A stretch of 64,000 bases of DNA from Chrysemys picta bellii (lineage: Eukaryota). Below, piece by piece: positions 59,998 through 64,000 of the stretch. The notes beneath the pieces are model-generated. The model did no database searches. It was given only the letters and a program-made list of their open reading frames with translations, and was not told where the DNA came from. Where the stretch lies: the NCBI RefSeq assembly GCF_011386835.1, contig NC_088799.1, positions 100,316,001 to 100,380,000 on the forward strand. Reading direction: 5' to 3'. Both the position numbers and the translations under genes were made by a program. How positions within the stretch are numbered: position 1 is the first letter of the stretch; each line of letters begins with the position of its first letter.

Positions 59998-62914
59998 TAC
60001 TAGAAGAATGTATTTCGGGATCTGTGACTGACAAGCGAGAGTGAGAAATCAATGATAGTAGTAAAGAGGTGAGATAAGGGCTGGCTGCCACTCAGTTACC
60101 CAGTTATCTGCCAGAGAACTACAGCTCACTCCAGTTGTTGCCACTGCCATGAAAGATTAGCTCAGAGCTGTCACAGTAGAAATGCAGTGTGTATTAACAT
60201 TTCAGCAATAGATCTTCAAATGCAGTGAGGCAGAAAAGATATTTAGCAGCTAAGGGGAATTCAACGGCTGGTCCGGGTCCTTAAGCTTTCTTTTTTTAAA
60301 GATGAAAAAATACTAAAATGTAAGAATACAGGGTTAAGGCCATAAAAAAAACCACCCACACTTTTTGAGGCAGGGACGGTCTCTCTCTGTTTATACAGCA
60401 CCTGGCACAATGGGACTCCAAACTCAGTTAGGACTTCTAGATGCTATTGTAACACAAGCAACAACCACAACTGAAAATAAAGACCTTGGCACTGACTATG
60501 CAGTGGCTGCTTCTGAGTAACTCCCTTTGGTTGGAGTTGCTGATATATAGCCCCCCACCACACCACTGCCCTGCCCAGCTCAGCCCAGCATCTTGTCATT
60601 TACAGCCATGCAAAATGGGCCAGATCATGTTGTTCACACCAGGGGGGCTGTTATTTAATTAGAGCTGGACTAAGCTCAGCAAAGCTCAGCAAGGCTCTGG
60701 TTTCGATTCACATGGATTCCTATCTCAGTTCATGCTGTGGAATTTTTACAGATGGTTTGGGGTTCACATCATGCGAGGGTGTCCCGCACAGACTCCCAGT
60801 GAAGTCAACAATGAGGATTGCACATGCAGAGAGTTTGGAGAATGAGGCTCTTTTTAAACGATACTGATTTATAGCAGGGAGGCACAGAAATGCAAATTAG
60901 GAAAGGTCCCTTTGCCATGACTGGACAGCTGGGCTGTCAGTATCATGTGAGGTAAATGGTACAGGGCAACAGTACAGGGGTGAGTTCATGTCAACCAGCC
61001 TCTCTGTTAAAACTAGAAAGTTCAAAGTTCTTCCCTTTGAAACTGTGGTTGGTTTCTCTGCACCATAATCCACTTGCCATTAAAATAATGCCATTTGCAT
61101 TCCAAGTCTTCGTGAACTGTATTTATTTTAGCTCAACTTTTGGTTGATGATGTCTGCTCTTGTGTCTCACTGGCACATGCAGCTACATTTCTTTTAGCAA
61201 CCAAGACTGGAGTTGCATTTGTCCTGAAAGGGATCCTGGCTCTCATGTATTTGGCTAATTATTGTTTGTCTAGAAGATGAAATGTGACATCTGAACTATG
61301 TTGAAGGGGGTCTTTACCAATTACAAGAGCCAGGCCAGCAACCCCAAAACAGTGATGTTTCAATAGATTTCAGGTTCGGGTTAGAAATGTAAAACTAGTT
61401 TTATAAAACCTGGACAAAAAAAGTTATTTTCTTAAGAAGATTGCTTGAGCCTGTTTTTCAGGGCTGGACCCCTGAGTTCGCCGGCATTATTTTGCAGCTA
61501 TAAATAAATATTTAAAAAAAAATAGTTTAGTTTTCTCCTAAATTGTCTTCTTTCAGCATCAGTATCATCAATAGTACAATAGTAATGCACTGCTTTCACT
61601 TTTCCATTTTTTTAAATGAGGACTTCAGACAGTGCAAGAAACCACAATGGCTGAAATAACTGAAAGTGTAAAAGAAACAGGGCACTGATGGTAAAAGTTT
61701 TCCAGTTAAAGGCTTATAAACTGAAACAACATACACTTTTTACATCATTTAAAATAGCCCCATTATCTCTTAGGGAGATACACCTCAGTTTCATTCCTCC
61801 AAGAAGCAAATGCAGAAGTAAGTACTTATCCCTAAATTAGCAATCAGACAGCTACACTTTCCTTTGTTTTTATGTTCTTTGGACCTACATTTTTCTGTTG
61901 CTTTTCGTGGTAAGATCACAGGGAAAAAATATTATATATTCTGACAATATTGCTGTATATTGACTTGAGAGAAAGAAACAAATAAAACTTTTTTGGGGGA
62001 TTCTGCAATTAATTAATTTCTCCAAATCTTTCCAAAACCAGATGTGGAAATGCGTAACTACCCCTTCTTTCTCTCCCCCACTCTATCCCCATCTCCCAGT
62101 CCTGTGCAAAGTGTGTCTCTAAGTGGATCAGAGAAGAGGGAGAGGTAGAAACTCTGTCTGGTTTCATCGAAACTCATGGTGGATTTCTCAGTTCATAGTA
62201 TCATTTACTAACACCATGAAACTAATTTGGGCTTTTCCTTTTGTCTCTTCACTGCTAGGTATTTCCCCCATGAGGCTAAAATCTCTGTCTTTAAGACAAA
62301 ATTGGCTTTCATTCTTGTAAGATATAAAGAAATGCAGATCCTGTTCCCAGAATCAATGTTTCATTAATTATTTTTTATTAAAAAATTTTTATTAGGAAGT
62401 GGTCATAGTGCTCTTGCAAAAAAAGCCAGCCACTTTGGTAGGCTAGCTGCCAGGCACTGCATGTCATAAATTGCATAATCAGATGGCAAAGTTATTCCAT
62501 ACAAAATAGAAGGGGGTTATTTTGTGTCAGTAATAATCTTTGTCACTTAACACATACATAGTGTTATTTGTAACTTTCAAAGTGCTTCCACCTTGCCGGC
62601 ATATTCTTAAACAGACAAGAACCTTTTGGAATAGAAAATAAAGGCTTCTGTTAGAAGTAGTACCCAGTTTCCTGTAAGCGATGAATGCCTATAACAGCCT
62701 AATGTAGCTAAACCAAAACCAGGCTTGGGATTCAACAGCTCCGCATGCATGTGAGTGTGTGACAGAGCGAAAGAACATGAGTGTCCACGAACGTATGCTT
62801 TCAGTTCTGCCTCATAGCAATAGAGTCAGATCATTCTTGCACAGAGTTTCAAGTTATAGGTCATTAAATGCTTGATTATGACTTGGACTATGTCCCCACG
62901 TGGGAAGTAAGAAG

Positions 62915-63094
62915 GAATAAGTTACCTAAGGAGGTGGTGGAGTCTGCTTCCTTGCAGGTTTTTAAGGCCCTGCTTGACAAAGCCCTGGCTGGGATGATTT
63001 AGTTGGGAATTGGTCCTGCTTTGAGCAGGGGGTTGGACTAGATGACCTCTTGAGGTCCCTTCCAACCCTGATATTCTATAATTCTATGATTCTA
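62915..63094 (+). mobile_element. CR1 LINE 3' fragment (second subfamily, ATTCTATG tail)
   Basis: GGTGGTGGAGTCT...GGTTTTTAAGG...GGACTAGATGACCTC...GGTCCCTTCCAACCC...ATTCTATAATTCTATGATTCTA. Confidence 0.9.
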
Positions 63095-64000
63095 AGTGCA
63101 TCTCCTTCACTCCTGCATGGGCTGCTTGGACCTTCCCATGCACCTACATATTTCCCAAGCCCCTCACCCCAAGCAGGAGGGGTAGTGGTCTTAATCTTAG
63201 CTTCAACCTTCCACCACACTGGCCAATACAGCTGAGCCATTGCAGGGGGTGCCATAATTTGCTGCTGTTATTTATCCTCCCCCTCTACATTGTTCCTCTT
63301 GTGTGGAACAAACTATCCTTTGTAAGGTGAAAAACTACTAAAGGACGCAAACTGACTTGAGTTTTGGCATGCTGACTTTATAAGGCCTGATCCCGCTCCA
63401 CTGAAGTCACAGGAACTTTTGTCACTCACTTGGGTGCAGGATTAGGACCATATCACTTGCCCACTTAACTAGCAACCTGTGTGTGTGAGTCATTTCTAAC
63501 AGTGGCAGTGAAGTTCAATTATTACAACTGAGCACTGCAGGGCTGAGGGTTGCCACTGGATGTTTTTGACAACATTCTTCATGAATCTAGTTCTTGCACA
63601 TTTCTGAGTCCTTCAAATTTCACTCCCTTTCCTCCACCCCAAGTGAAATTTCAAGAGCTCACACATTTTTTGGAACTTGCAAAATCCACTTCTATAGCAC
63701 CTTGCAACATTGGAAATCTTATGCAGTGGCCTCAGTGAGGTCACGGTTACTTCGGGGCTGCTACGCTGGAGGATTGTGAATGGGCCAGGGAAGACTGGGA
63801 GCTCCAGTTGCTCTATGGGAGACACAGGCCCATCTTGCTGCTGTGCAGACAGAGGGTGAAACCTATCGCTAAAATCCATGGCAGGCCTCTGCTTGCTGGC
63901 CAGTAGCTGGCTCCATCTCAGCCCTGCCACTTTGAAATCCCCCATGACTTTAAACTGGGATTTGGACAGTACGTAAAGTGACCAGAAAAAAGTGTGAGGG

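Overview
Repeat-rich vertebrate genomic DNA, very probably turtle (Testudines): it carries tortoise-type tRNA-derived Pol III SINEs and turtle-type CR1 3' tails. I recognise no protein-coding exon of a known gene, so the window reads as intronic or intergenic sequence. Most ORFs in the track are chance ORFs or retroelement remnants. Supported features are CR1, L2, RTE and Ingi/Vingi-like LINE fragments and four Penelope-like (GIY-YIG) insertions. Three Penelope insertions have 10-11 bp target-site duplications (TSDs), and four minimal hammerhead-ribozyme motifs lie within the Penelope copies. There are also two TSD-flanked solo LTRs, eight hAT-type elements with 8-bp TSDs, PIF/Harbinger-like palindromic MITEs, MIR/tRNA SINEs and microsatellites, with several clear nested insertions. 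Candidate 5' exons or promoters (minus strand 8.8-9.7 kb and 15.8 kb; plus strand 55-57.4 kb) and two CTCF-like motifs are inferences only. The most notable signals are the Penelope hammerheads, including a fold-back copy with two oppositely oriented ribozyme motifs, and the Vingi-like LINE. These belong to known element classes; I cannot claim a previously undescribed system from sequence alone. Repeat family names come from motif recognition, not from a database search.
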